From: Methanothermobacter thermautotrophicus str. Delta H
GTDB lineage: Archaea > Methanobacteriota > Methanobacteria > Methanobacteriales > Methanothermobacteraceae
Direction of reading: 5' to 3'
Assembly (NCBI RefSeq): GCF_000008645.1
Contig: NC_000916.1
Span: 1,620,001-1,652,000 of the forward strand
DNA length: 32,000 nt
In this document: positions 9,870 through 18,532 of the stretch, piece by piece
Layout of the letters: every line of letters begins with the position of its first letter
How positions within the stretch are numbered: the first letter of the stretch is position 1
The notes under the pieces: model-generated
The model's input: only the letters and a program-made list of their open reading frames with translations
Database searches by the model: none
What the model was told of the DNA's origin: nothing
Made by a program: the position numbers and the translations under genes

Positions 9870-10594
9870 TCATCTTTTCTTCAGCATCTCCTTGATTTCA
9901 GCAACCTCCCTTCTGAGGTCCTCTATGCCCCTTTCTATTTCCCCGATCCTTTCATGGACTTCGCGCTCCTCCTCGGGGTTCCTGACAAACCATGAGGCCA
10001 GTGAAGCTGTCAGGAACCCCACAAAGGTGACACCAACCAGCATGAGGATGCTTGTTATGGCCTTGCCATAGATGGTCCTGGGGGGTATCACGACCTCCCC
10101 GGCGATTATTGTTGTTAAACTGTACCAGAGGGAGTCCAGGGGTCCATGGAGGAGCTGTTGACCCCTGACTCCATCATGTAAAAGAACATTGTCCCGGCCA
10201 CGAGTGCAATTAGGAGTGTTCCCACAGCCTGGTCAAGGTGTGTATCCACAAGGAAGGTGAAAAACTTCTTGAGGTACTTCCTGAAGAGGGCGATAACCTT
10301 CACAACCCTTATTATCCTTATAAAACGGAATGCCCGGAAGAAGTCCACCGGGAGGAATGCGATTATATCAAGCCAGTTTTCCAGCAGGAATTTCTTACGA
10401 TCCTCTGCCCTTTTCAGGTTTACTGAGAATTCTATGAATAGGATTATGCAGAGGACGAGGTCAAACTGGTTTATGGCGTTCACGGTCAGGGGATTTGATG
10501 GGTAAAATGAGATGTAGCTGAGTAGCACTATGTCAAGGATGATGAGAAACAGCAGGGCAATTTCCTTGGCTCTTATGAGCTTCCAGTAATCCAT
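9870..10594 (-). pseudogene. Voltage-sensor (S1-S6) ion-transport channel, interrupted by a frameshift between S5 and the pore helix
   Basis: The 159-aa ORF carries S1-S5, including an S4 with RxxRxxRxxRxxK (RAFRFIRIIRVVK). Extending the frame of the 73-aa ORF upstream reads LDSLWYSLTTIIAGEVVIPPRTIYGK plus S6. The span is 725 nt, which is 3n-1. Confidence 0.75.
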
Positions 10595-10774
10595 GTCAAT
10601 CCCATTATGAGGTTGATCTGACTGCTGAAAATACTTTACCTTTTCATGGCTTTTAGTTTTACTTTAACTGTCAACTTCAGTATACTACCCTATTACGAAG
10701 GACAAGTTCCGCATCGAAATCTAGATATGGGCGCGGGTCCAGATAAACATACGGAAAGATGGGGGGAGGTGCAT

Positions 10775-11539
10775 ATGGATATTTTAACTGCAGGTTTGCT
10801 GGCTGCTGTGATAATCGTTATTATTTCTCTGAGCCTGAAGATAGTTAAACAGTACGAGAGGGGTGTTGTTTTCAGACTGGGGAAGGTTATAGGCGTCAGG
10901 GAGCCAGGTCTTCGCATAATAATCCCGATTATTGATCGCATGGTAAGGGTTTCACTTCGAATAGTTACGATGCCCATACCATCCCAGAAGATAATAACAC
11001 AGGACAATGTTTCAATAGATGTGGCCGCGGTTGCCTACTTCAAGGTTGCAGACCCTCTCAGGGCCGTTGTTGCAATTGAGGACTATTATGGTGCGGTTAA
11101 CCAGATATCCCAGACAACAGTCAGGAACGTCATAGGCCAGTTTGTCCTTGACGAGGTCCTCTCAGAAACAGCAAGGATAAATGAGAAGATAAAGGAGATA
11201 ATAGATGAGCACAGCGAACCATGGGGCATAAACGTAACAACGGTGGAGATAAAGGATATAAAACTTCCTGAGGGGATGCAGCGGGCCATGGCCAGACAGG
11301 CAGAGGCTGAAAGAGACAAACGTGCCAAGATAATCACTGCCGAGGGGGAGTACTTCTCAGCAGCAAAGCTAGGAGAGGCCGCTGATGTGATTGAAAAACA
11401 TCCGGTGGCCCTTCAACTGAGAAATCTGCAGGTACTGGCTGAAATAGCCACAGAAAAGAATTCAACGATAGTATTCCCGGCCCAGTTCATGTCATCCATA
11501 AGGGACGTGAAGGAATTCATTGAGAGGGAGGATGAGTAA
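10775..11539 (+). CDS. SPFH/band-7 (stomatin-like) membrane protein
   Basis: An N-terminal TM helix is followed by the SPFH core ([16 protein letters not shown]...ITQDNV...[17 protein letters not shown]). The start is placed at the ATG at 10775, preceded by GGAGGT at 10765-10770, rather than at 10646. Confidence 0.9.
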   Translation: MDILTAGLLAAVIIVIISLSLKIVKQYERGVVFRLGKVIGVREPGLRIIIPIIDRMVRVSLRIVTMPIPSQKIITQDNVSIDVAAVAYFKVADPLRAVVAIEDYYGAVNQISQTTVRNVIGQFVLDEVLSETARINEKIKEIIDEHSEPWGINVTTVEIKDIKLPEGMQRAMARQAEAERDKRAKIITAEGEYFSAAKLGEAADVIEKHPVALQLRNLQVLAEIATEKNSTIVFPAQFMSSIRDVKEFIEREDE

Positions 11540-11667
11540 TTGTTTTTCTCAAAGAGAGCGGGAGGTGATACCATGGGAATGCCTTTCCAGCTGTTGTGAA
11601 ATGTACGAAGAGCGTTGAAGTTGATATGGATTGAGAAGATTGAGATACATGACGGGAGGTTAATTCT

Positions 11668-12225
11668 TTGAACAGAATAATGAACTTTTCCAGGGACATG
11701 ATACTTGTCCTTGCATCACCCGAGGAGGCCTTCAGGAGGGTCAGAGAGAGGGGTCTTGAAGGTCAGGGCATCTACCTGTACATCTTCCTATCAGCATTTC
11801 TCGGGTACATGCTTGGGGGTGTGTTGTCGACCGCAACAGGAGCAGGAATTGCAGTTCCCATTCTATTTGCAGTTGCTGTGCTGATCGTTTCCTTCATAAA
11901 ACTTCTGGTATGGGCTCTGATATCCCACATAATTGCATCGAAGGTTTTCGGTGGGGAGGGGACATTCGCAGGAACCCTCAAGATGATGGGCTTTGCAGCG
12001 GCCCCCTTCGTGGTTGGAATATTTGCCTTCATGACCCTGATACTCTGGAGGACCATCTTTACATCCACAGCACTCCTTGTGGTGATGTACATCTGGGTCA
12101 TTACAACTGCCATGGCTGCAGTGGCTGCTGAACATGGAATCGACTACGGAAGGGCATTTCTATCGGTATTTGCACTTCCAGCGCTTGTGATAACAGTTCT
12201 GATGATGATTCTGGGGGTGTTATGA
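11668..12225 (+). CDS. Yip1-domain polytopic membrane protein
   Basis: It has five hydrophobic helices after a short soluble N-terminus. A TTG start sits 7 nt after GGGAGGT (11654-11660). An alternative ATG is at 11680. Confidence 0.65.
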   Translation: MNRIMNFSRDMILVLASPEEAFRRVRERGLEGQGIYLYIFLSAFLGYMLGGVLSTATGAGIAVPILFAVAVLIVSFIKLLVWALISHIIASKVFGGEGTFAGTLKMMGFAAAPFVVGIFAFMTLILWRTIFTSTALLVVMYIWVITTAMAAVAAEHGIDYGRAFLSVFALPALVITVLMMILGVL

Positions 12226-13025
12226 TGGACAGGATGAACATTGCAGGGGCCGTCCTCCTCATAGTACTGGTGGCTGCATTCATCGTTGCATCTGCAGCAC
12301 CGATCCTGCAGCCGAAGGATAAGGAGGCGGCTCAGAACTTCACACTTAACTCAAGCGAGGTATCAGGGGTCAGATATGTGAATGTGAACCTTGAATCGAA
12401 TGCCAGCGACGTTGAACTTGAATTTACAAACACATCAGAGAGGGTTTACACGGTTGAGACACAGAGGAATTTCACAGGCCCAGTTCCGGGGTTAAACATG
12501 CGGTGAACGGTGAAAACCTGAACCTGAACATTACATGGACACAGGCACCGCAAGATAATCTTGTCAAACAAATACATCTACTACATCACCATCAGGACAA
12601 AGACAGGCGGATTAATGGTTGTACTTGCCAACGATTCAAGGATAGAAAACCTCAACTCAACCATTCAGTACGCAGGGGGAGGGACGGTGCTCATCGGAAA
12701 TTCCACCTTCAGGAATGCGTCCTTCCGTGTTAACACCGGCGGTTTCTACATAGCAGACCTGCATCAGAATCTGAGGGCCAGCGGTAATCTGAGCACCGAT
12801 GTCACCATAGGGGGGACAGCACTGGCCATTTCACCTGACAACGTCCTTAGAATCACGGGTTCAGTGGATTACGGGGGCATAGCATTTGAACCGGCAGGTC
12901 TCAGGGTTATAAGGAATTCAACAAGCTACCTTGAACTTGAAGGGTCAGGGAAGATTGGAATAATAAACCGTGTGGGCCTTGGAGGTGTTAATGTGGGGGT
13001 GTTCAGAATGCCAGTGGCACCCTGA
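12222..13025 (+). pseudogene. Signal-anchored, N-glycosylation-sequon-rich surface protein, apparently broken by two frameshifts (possibly two genes)
   Basis: The ATGA overlap with the Yip1 gene stop suggests coupling. The 94-aa and 154-aa ORFs share one frame but are separated by three stops (12504-12527). The bridging segment reads sensibly only in another frame (VNGENLNLNITWTQAPQD). The total span is 804 nt, which is 3n. Confidence 0.5.
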
Positions 13026-13039
13026 ACCCACCACCACTC

Positions 13040-13045
13040 TTTTTT
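13040..13045 (+). terminator. T6 tract 15 nt after the 13025 stop
   Basis: The sequence ctTTTTTTat lies in the convergent intergenic spacer. Confidence 0.35.
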
Positions 13046-13079
13046 ATCATCGGAGCTTTGATTTCATCAGATATACCTA

Positions 13080-14465
13080 TCATCTGTCCTTTTTGAAGGG
13101 GATTTTTGGCTCGATATAGGTCCTGTAGAGGGTTTCGAAGAATACGCGTATCATGTAACTGTGCTTCAGGAGGTAACGTGGTCTTGAATAGAACTTGATG
13201 TAGGCCTTCACGAGTTTTTTCTGGATGAGTTCACGGCTCAGTCCGAGCTTCTCGTATTTGATAACCGGCTTTATAACGGTGTAATTCTCCCAGTCATCTT
13301 CGATGAGTCCCTGGCTCTTGAGCTCCGCATAGATCGGGGTGCCGGGGAATGGGGTCAGTATTGAGTACTGGCTGTAGTCCGGGTCAAGCTTTATTGAAAA
13401 GTCTATGGTCCGGTCCATCTCGGAGGGTTTTTCACCGGGATATCCCAGTATGAAGGATGTTATGACATCCACCCCAACCTTCTTGGTGACCCTCACAGCA
13501 TCCTCGGCCTGCTTCACGGTTATGCCCTTTTTCATCATATCAAGGACGCGCTGACACCCTGATTCAACGCCATAATATATTGTGCTCATTCCAGCGTTCC
13601 TCAGGTCCCTGAGAAGGGACTCCTGGACCATATCCACCCTTGAGGACGTGACAAAGCTCACATCAAGGTTCCTCCTCCGGATCTCCTCAGAGATCTCCCT
13701 GGCACGGGGTCGGTGGAGCATGAAGGTGTCGTCAAGGAATGCTATATCATGGAGGCCATAAACCTCCACAAGTTCCTCAACCTCATCCACTACGTTCTCC
13801 GGGCTCCTGAATCTGAACTTCTTACCCATTATGAGGGATGATGAACAGTACCTGCAGGGGTAGACACAGCCGCGGCTGGTTATCATCCCCCCGGCGTCCT
13901 GGCTGGATGTCTCATAGTCCCTGAAGGGCACCAGGTGCCTTGCGGGGAAGGGTATCTCATCAAGGTCCTCTATGAGGGGCCGGGGTTCGTTTGTCCGTAT
14001 CCTGTCACCCTCGCGGTAGGTGATACCTGCAACACCATCCAGGGATCCTCCCCTCTCATGGTTCTCTGCAAGGTCAACGATGGTGGCCTCACCCTCACCC
14101 ATGACAACAACATCAAGGTCCCTGCACTCCCTCAGTGTGTCTACAGGGAGAAATGTGGGGTGAGGACCGCCTATAACCGTCAGGACGTTGGGTAAACGAT
14201 CCTTTATGGCCTTTATGTACTCGAGAGATGTTCTTATTGTTGCGGTGGTTGCGGTTATTCCCACGATGAAGGGGTTGATCCTCTCAACGAGTCTGGCAAC
14301 CCCCTCAACTCCCATTCTCCGGAGGTCATCGTCGATTATCTTAACACTGAAGGATGCCCTTTCAAGGGAGGCTCCAAGGTACATCAGGTTGAGGGGCGGC
14401 AAAACAAAGCCCAGTTTATTTTTCACGGCTGTCCTGTCCTCGGGGTTTATAAGCACGACGTCCAA
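13080..14465 (-). CDS. B12-binding-domain radical SAM enzyme (class B, COG1032-like)
   Basis: It has an N-terminal Rossmann-like B12-binding region (VVLINP...GITATT...VIGGPHPT) and the cluster motif CVYPCRYC. The TTG start directly follows the upstream TAA, with a GGTGGTG SD 5 nt upstream. Confidence 0.88.
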   Translation of the reverse strand: MDVVLINPEDRTAVKNKLGFVLPPLNLMYLGASLERASFSVKIIDDDLRRMGVEGVARLVERINPFIVGITATTATIRTSLEYIKAIKDRLPNVLTVIGGPHPTFLPVDTLRECRDLDVVVMGEGEATIVDLAENHERGGSLDGVAGITYREGDRIRTNEPRPLIEDLDEIPFPARHLVPFRDYETSSQDAGGMITSRGCVYPCRYCSSSLIMGKKFRFRSPENVVDEVEELVEVYGLHDIAFLDDTFMLHRPRAREISEEIRRRNLDVSFVTSSRVDMVQESLLRDLRNAGMSTIYYGVESGCQRVLDMMKKGITVKQAEDAVRVTKKVGVDVITSFILGYPGEKPSEMDRTIDFSIKLDPDYSQYSILTPFPGTPIYAELKSQGLIEDDWENYTVIKPVIKYEKLGLSRELIQKKLVKAYIKFYSRPRYLLKHSYMIRVFFETLYRTYIEPKIPFKKDR

Positions 14466-15829
14466 TTAAACACCACCAGTCTCTTTTTCTCCACAGATTC
14501 TGCACCATTCACTCATGTTGTTCACACAGCCGGGGTCCGGTGAACGGATGTCCCCAAGGTAGGATAGGGCGCGTGCTCTGCAGCCGCCGCAGATGTATCT
14601 TGATTCGCATGATCCACAGTGACCTGTGAGTTCATCCCTGTCCCTGAGGGTCTTGAGGACCTTATTTGTCTTCCATAAATCTTCAAAGCTGTCTTCGAGA
14701 ATGTTTCCCACACGCATATCCTCACGGTGGGGGAAAAATACGCAGGGGTAGATATCGCCATCAGGTTCTATGCTAAGGTAAAATCTTCCAGCGCCACATC
14801 CACCGATGAATTCAGCCAGCTGAAGAGTTTCCTCTGTGTATTCGGGGTTATAGAAGTGGGTGGGTATTATCTTCTTATCATGGCTGAGACCCGCTGCAAT
14901 TGGTGCGAACTGTGGCGCCGTTGAAAGTATCTGGATTTTCTCCTGGAGGTTACTGTGGTGGGCATCACAGAGGACCCTGTATCTTTCACCCGGGCTTATG
15001 TCCAGTTCCTGGTTCTCATTTCCCCTGCCAGCGGGTATGAAGTTGTAGAGCATGAACCAGTCTGCACCCAGCTCATGGAAGAATTCACCCATGCCGGCCA
15101 GATGCATACAGTTCTCTGAGGTTACAGTGGTCGCAACCTCCACAAGGATGTCGTACTCTGAGAAGTTTTTAACGGCCTCACAGGCCCTCTCCCATGAGCC
15201 ATCAACACCACGGAATCTGTCATGGACCTCTGGCCTTATTGAATCTATGCTTATCTGGACAAACTGCAGGCCCGCATCGACGAATTTACTGCAAGCATCC
15301 ATGTCACTGAAGATGTAGCCATTGGTTGCCATGGCAGTGTACATGCCGTTTTCATGGGACCTTGATATGTACTCTATTATGGTGGGGTGTATGCTTGGTT
15401 CTCCACCCGAAAAGGCAAGGGATGTTACACCTGCGTCTGCGAGGGTGTCTATAACCCTGAGACCTTCAGAAGGTTTCATTTCACATGATTTTCGACCGGC
15501 GTATTCATAGCAATGTTTACACTTCATGTTGCAGCGCTTTGTAATGTTCCATACAACCTGGAAGGGGGCTCCGGGTATGAATGGCCTGTTAACACCGAAA
15601 ACCCGATGCCCCTGAGGACGCTGATGAGGCCCCTGAACCAGTATTGATCATGCATCTGTTCCCGTATATCCTCCTCCTTCACGCCAAAGGCATCCGCTCC
15701 CCTCTTCACTATGAGTCCAAGGATACTGGACAGTAACCTGCACTCAAAGCAGCATTCATCACCATGGAGGAAATGTTTCAGGGCACTTTCTATTCTTGGA
15801 GCTCCGTCCTTCCGGCACTCCCCTGTCAT
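14466..15829 (-). pseudogene. Radical SAM/SPASM-domain enzyme with a Cys-containing ~100-aa N-terminal extension; the reading frame is broken near 15598-15604
   Basis: The full motif CNMKCKHC appears only if the frame is read upstream of the annotated Met. SPASM cysteines are present (GGCGAG..YPC..GHCGSCESRYICGGCRA..DPGC). The 101-aa ORF (15524-15829) joins after a 1-nt correction. The span is 1364 nt, which is 3n-1. Confidence 0.8.
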
Positions 15830-15853
15830 ATGCTTTAGAAGTATCCTTGAAGC

Positions 15854-15871
15854 AGGGTTTTCAGCAACCCT
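15854..15871. promoter_or_regulatory. Perfect 6+6 palindrome AGGGTT-ttcagc-AACCCT between the TetR gene and the radical-SAM genes (candidate operator)
   Basis: I read it directly from the sequence. It lies 25-42 nt upstream of the 15829 ATG. Confidence 0.3.
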
Positions 15872-15911
15872 CCGGAATGTATCTGTAAGATCCCTGAGAT
15901 CCCCCCGGCGA

Positions 15912-16496
15912 CTATCCCTTAATCATACCACCTCCTGCCATACCGTTCCATAATATGTCCATGAACCGCCCGGCTGATGGTGTTTCATGTCCACGGAAGT
16001 GTGAACTGAGACTTGCATGTGAGATGTAGCTTACAATAATCTCTGCAGCGGTCCCAGGATCCACAGCCCTTAAGGAGCCCTCATCGATCTTCTTCCTCAG
16101 GTAAGCCTCAATTGAATTGTATATCAATCTGCCAGCTGAATCAGGAACCTCCCATTCCTCAAAACCGTGTTCTTCAAGTTCCCTCTCAACCATCATTACG
16201 AAGAGGAGGTCGATCTTCTCCTCGACCATTACCCGGATTAGCTGTTCGCTGACTTCCTCAAGTACATCACGCGGGTCACCATCCCCATCAAGGACTTCAA
16301 GTACCTGGGACAGCCTTTCAGTGCTCTCATCCATTATCCTTTTGAGAAGATTTTTCTTGGATCCAAATTTTCTGAATACTGTTACTTCACTCACACCGGC
16401 CCGCGATGCGATTTCACGGGTAGCTGTACCTCTGTACCCCCTCTTTATGAAGAGTTCCCTTGCAGCATTGGTTATCCTCTTCTCTGTTGAGACCAT
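15912..16496 (-). CDS. TetR/AcrR-family transcriptional regulator
   Basis: It has an N-terminal HTH (ITNAARELFIKRGYRGTATREIASRAGVSEVTVFRKFGSKKNLL). The start is set at the ATG at 16496, because the ATG at 16526 lies only 15 nt from the TATA box. Confidence 0.88.
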   Translation of the reverse strand: MVSTEKRITNAARELFIKRGYRGTATREIASRAGVSEVTVFRKFGSKKNLLKRIMDESTERLSQVLEVLDGDGDPRDVLEEVSEQLIRVMVEEKIDLLFVMMVERELEEHGFEEWEVPDSAGRLIYNSIEAYLRKKIDEGSLRAVDPGTAAEIIVSYISHASLSSHFRGHETPSAGRFMDILWNGMAGGGMIKG

Positions 16497-16540
16497 GATA
16501 CCACTTATGTAAGTACTTACTAACATTCTGTGGGTTAGTG

Positions 16541-16550
16541 TTATATAAAC
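16541..16550. promoter_or_regulatory. Shared TATA element (TTATATAAAC / GTTTATATAA) for the divergent TetR and 16565-16912 genes
   Basis: It is the only AT-rich TATA-like element in the 68-bp divergent spacer, and it is near-symmetric. Confidence 0.4.
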
Positions 16551-16564
16551 CTATCGCCACAGAT

Positions 16565-16912
16565 ATGATCATGAAAATAACCGAGGACGATGTTATTGAA
16601 TCCCTTGAACTCTTCACAAGGGTCCCATCATTCATTCTAAGGCGCTGGGCTCGTGGAAGGACAAACCTGGCCTCAAGATTCAGGTCGCAGATAATCGAGG
16701 GGTATTCGCAGCTCTCAGAATCTGACAGGGAGAGAGTGAGGGCCGTCCTTCAAATGGACGTCTCTGATATCCAGAACATCCTTGAGGCGGCCCACCTGAA
16801 AACAGGAAAAAGACAGCTGGGGATACTTGCAGATCCCTCAAGCAGGAATTTCATAGAGATTAATCTTGGGGAGATCCGGAATATCCTTTCTCAGGAATTT
16901 CATAGAGATTAA
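16565..16912 (+). CDS. Hypothetical protein (~115 aa) whose C-terminus is encoded by a tandem duplication
   Basis: The ORF has an ATG at 16565 or 16571, about 20-25 nt from the TATA box, so the mRNA may be leaderless. I recognise no family. Confidence 0.5.
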   Translation: MIMKITEDDVIESLELFTRVPSFILRRWARGRTNLASRFRSQIIEGYSQLSESDRERVRAVLQMDVSDIQNILEAAHLKTGKRQLGILADPSSRNFIEINLGEIRNILSQEFHRD

Positions 16913-16932
16913 TCTTGGGGAGATCCGGAATA
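16843..16932. repeat. Perfect 41-bp tandem duplication (CAGGAATTTCATAGAGATTAATCTTGGGGAGATCCGGAATA), period 49 bp
   Basis: The copies at 16843-16883 and 16892-16932 are identical and separated by tcctttct. The stop codon of the 16565-16912 CDS lies in copy 2. Confidence 0.95.
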
Positions 16933-16953
16933 GCATCCATCAGGAAAAGACCA

Positions 16954-17964
16954 CTAATCCTGGAGCCTCCCACCGTACATTCTCTCATAGTACCTGAGGT
17001 ACTCCCCGCTCTTTATATTCTCCCACCAGTCCCTGTTATCAATGTACCACCTTATGGTCTCCCTGATACCCTCCTCAAATGAGTAAAGGGGCTTCCAGCC
17101 AAGTTCATTCCGTATCTTACTGGCATCGATTGCATATCTCCGGTCATGTCCCGGGCGGTCCTCAACGAACCTTATGAGGGATTCATCCTTGCCAAGCTCC
17201 CTCACTATCAGCTCAACGATCTCTATGTTCCTCCTCTCACTGTTACCCCCTATATTGTAGACCTCACCTACACGTCCGCGGTGCAGAACAAGGTCAACTG
17301 CCCTGCAGTGGTCCAGGACATGTATCCAGTCCCTGACATTCATCCCATCACCGTAGACAGGCAGCGGCTTATTCTCAAGGGCATTTGTTATCATTAAGGG
17401 TATGAGTTTTTCAGGGAACTGGTAGGGTCCATAGTTGTTTGAGCAGCGGGTTATATTGACTGGCAGACCATAGGTCCTGTGATATGCCCTCACCATGAGA
17501 TCCGCAGAGGCCTTGCTGGCGGAGTAGGGGCTGTTGGGTGCCAGGGGTGTCTCCTCTGTGAAGTAACCCTTCTCTGCTGAACCATAGACCTCATCGGTTG
17601 AGATCTGTATGAACCTTTCAACTCCATGTTTTCTTGAGGCCTCCAGCAGAGTCTGTGTGCCCAGGATATTTGTCCTTATGAATATCTCTGGATCCTCGAT
17701 GCTGCGGTCCACATGTGACTCCGCTGCAAAGTTAATGACGGCGTCCACGTCCTTTATGATTCCATCCACGAGTTTCCTGTCGGTTATGCTCCCCCTCACA
17801 AAGGTGTAGCGGGGTTCATCCTCAACCCCCCTCAGGTTCTCAAGGTTTCCGCAGTAGGTGAGGGCGTCAAGGTTTATTATATGGTAGGGGTGTTCCTGGA
17901 GCATGTACCTTATGAAGTTGCTCCCTATGAAACCAGCCCCCCCGGTTACAAGAATCTTCTCCAT
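16954..17964 (-). CDS. rfbB: dTDP-glucose 4,6-dehydratase
   Basis: It has the SDR fold (GGAGFIGSN), the catalytic YSASK motif, a length of 336 aa, and an rfb operon context. Confidence 0.95.
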   Translation of the reverse strand: MEKILVTGGAGFIGSNFIRYMLQEHPYHIINLDALTYCGNLENLRGVEDEPRYTFVRGSITDRKLVDGIIKDVDAVINFAAESHVDRSIEDPEIFIRTNILGTQTLLEASRKHGVERFIQISTDEVYGSAEKGYFTEETPLAPNSPYSASKASADLMVRAYHRTYGLPVNITRCSNNYGPYQFPEKLIPLMITNALENKPLPVYGDGMNVRDWIHVLDHCRAVDLVLHRGRVGEVYNIGGNSERRNIEIVELIVRELGKDESLIRFVEDRPGHDRRYAIDASKIRNELGWKPLYSFEEGIRETIRWYIDNRDWWENIKSGEYLRYYERMYGGRLQD

Positions 17965-17974
17965 TCAGATCTCC

Positions 17975-18532
17975 TCACAGGTATACAGGGTTCTCCCTGA
18001 GGGGTTTCCAGTTTCTGTCCTTCTCTGAGATTATCAGATCATCCACCATTTCAAGTGGCCAGTCTATTCCAATGTCAGGGTCGTCCCAGGGGATCCCTGA
18101 GTCATATTCAGGGTGGTAAAGCTCGGTGCATTTGTAGTTAACTATGCACTCATCTGAGAGGGCCAGGAATCCATGTGCAAAGCCCTCTGGGATGAAAAAC
18201 TCCCTTCTGTTCTCATCTGAGAGCCTGACGCCAGTCCATTCACCATAGGTATCTGAGTTCTTCCTGAGGTCCACTGCAACATCAAAGATTTCGCCCCTTA
18301 TAACCCTCACAAGTTTTCCCTGGGGCTTTTCTCTCTGGAAGTGCAGTCCCCTGAGGACACCCCTAACTGACATAGACTCGTTGTCCTGCACAAACCTGAC
18401 TTCAAGGCCATTTTCCTGGAATATGGCCTCATTGAATGTCTCCATGAAGTATCCTCTCTCGTCCGTGTACACCTCGGGTTCTATGATTATGGCACCATCA
18501 AGGCTGGTTTTTATGAACCGGAATTCAGCCAT
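17975..18532 (-). CDS. rfbC: dTDP-4-dehydrorhamnose 3,5-epimerase
   Basis: RmlC motifs are present ([30 protein letters not shown]). The start is at the ATG at 18532 (MAEFRF), which overlaps the rfbA stop by 8 nt. The upstream extension of the ORF is spurious. Confidence 0.94.
   Translation of the reverse strand: MAEFRFIKTSLDGAIIIEPEVYTDERGYFMETFNEAIFQENGLEVRFVQDNESMSVRGVLRGLHFQREKPQGKLVRVIRGEIFDVAVDLRKNSDTYGEWTGVRLSDENRREFFIPEGFAHGFLALSDECIVNYKCTELYHPEYDSGIPWDDPDIGIDWPLEMVDDLIISEKDRNWKPLRENPVYL

Noticed and set aside
10646-10774. Upstream extensions of the SPFH ORF (start at 10646), the ArsR ORF (21299) and the CrtI-like ORF (29814)
   Set aside because: In each case an internal ATG with a proper SD sequence, and/or a TATA box inside the extension, gives the family-typical N-terminus. 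The extensions do not look like protein.
12503-12733. 76-aa ORF as an independent gene
   Set aside because: Only its first ~20 codons (VNGENLNLNITWTQAPQD) look like protein. The remainder is His/Arg-rich nonsense that overlaps the convincing 12561-13025 frame.
15597-15604. Programmed ribosomal frameshift at GGGTTTT in the radical-SAM gene
   Set aside because: The zero-frame phasing (GGG TTT TCG) does not match the X XXY YYZ slippery heptamer, and I found no downstream stimulatory structure. An indel or sequencing error is the simpler explanation.
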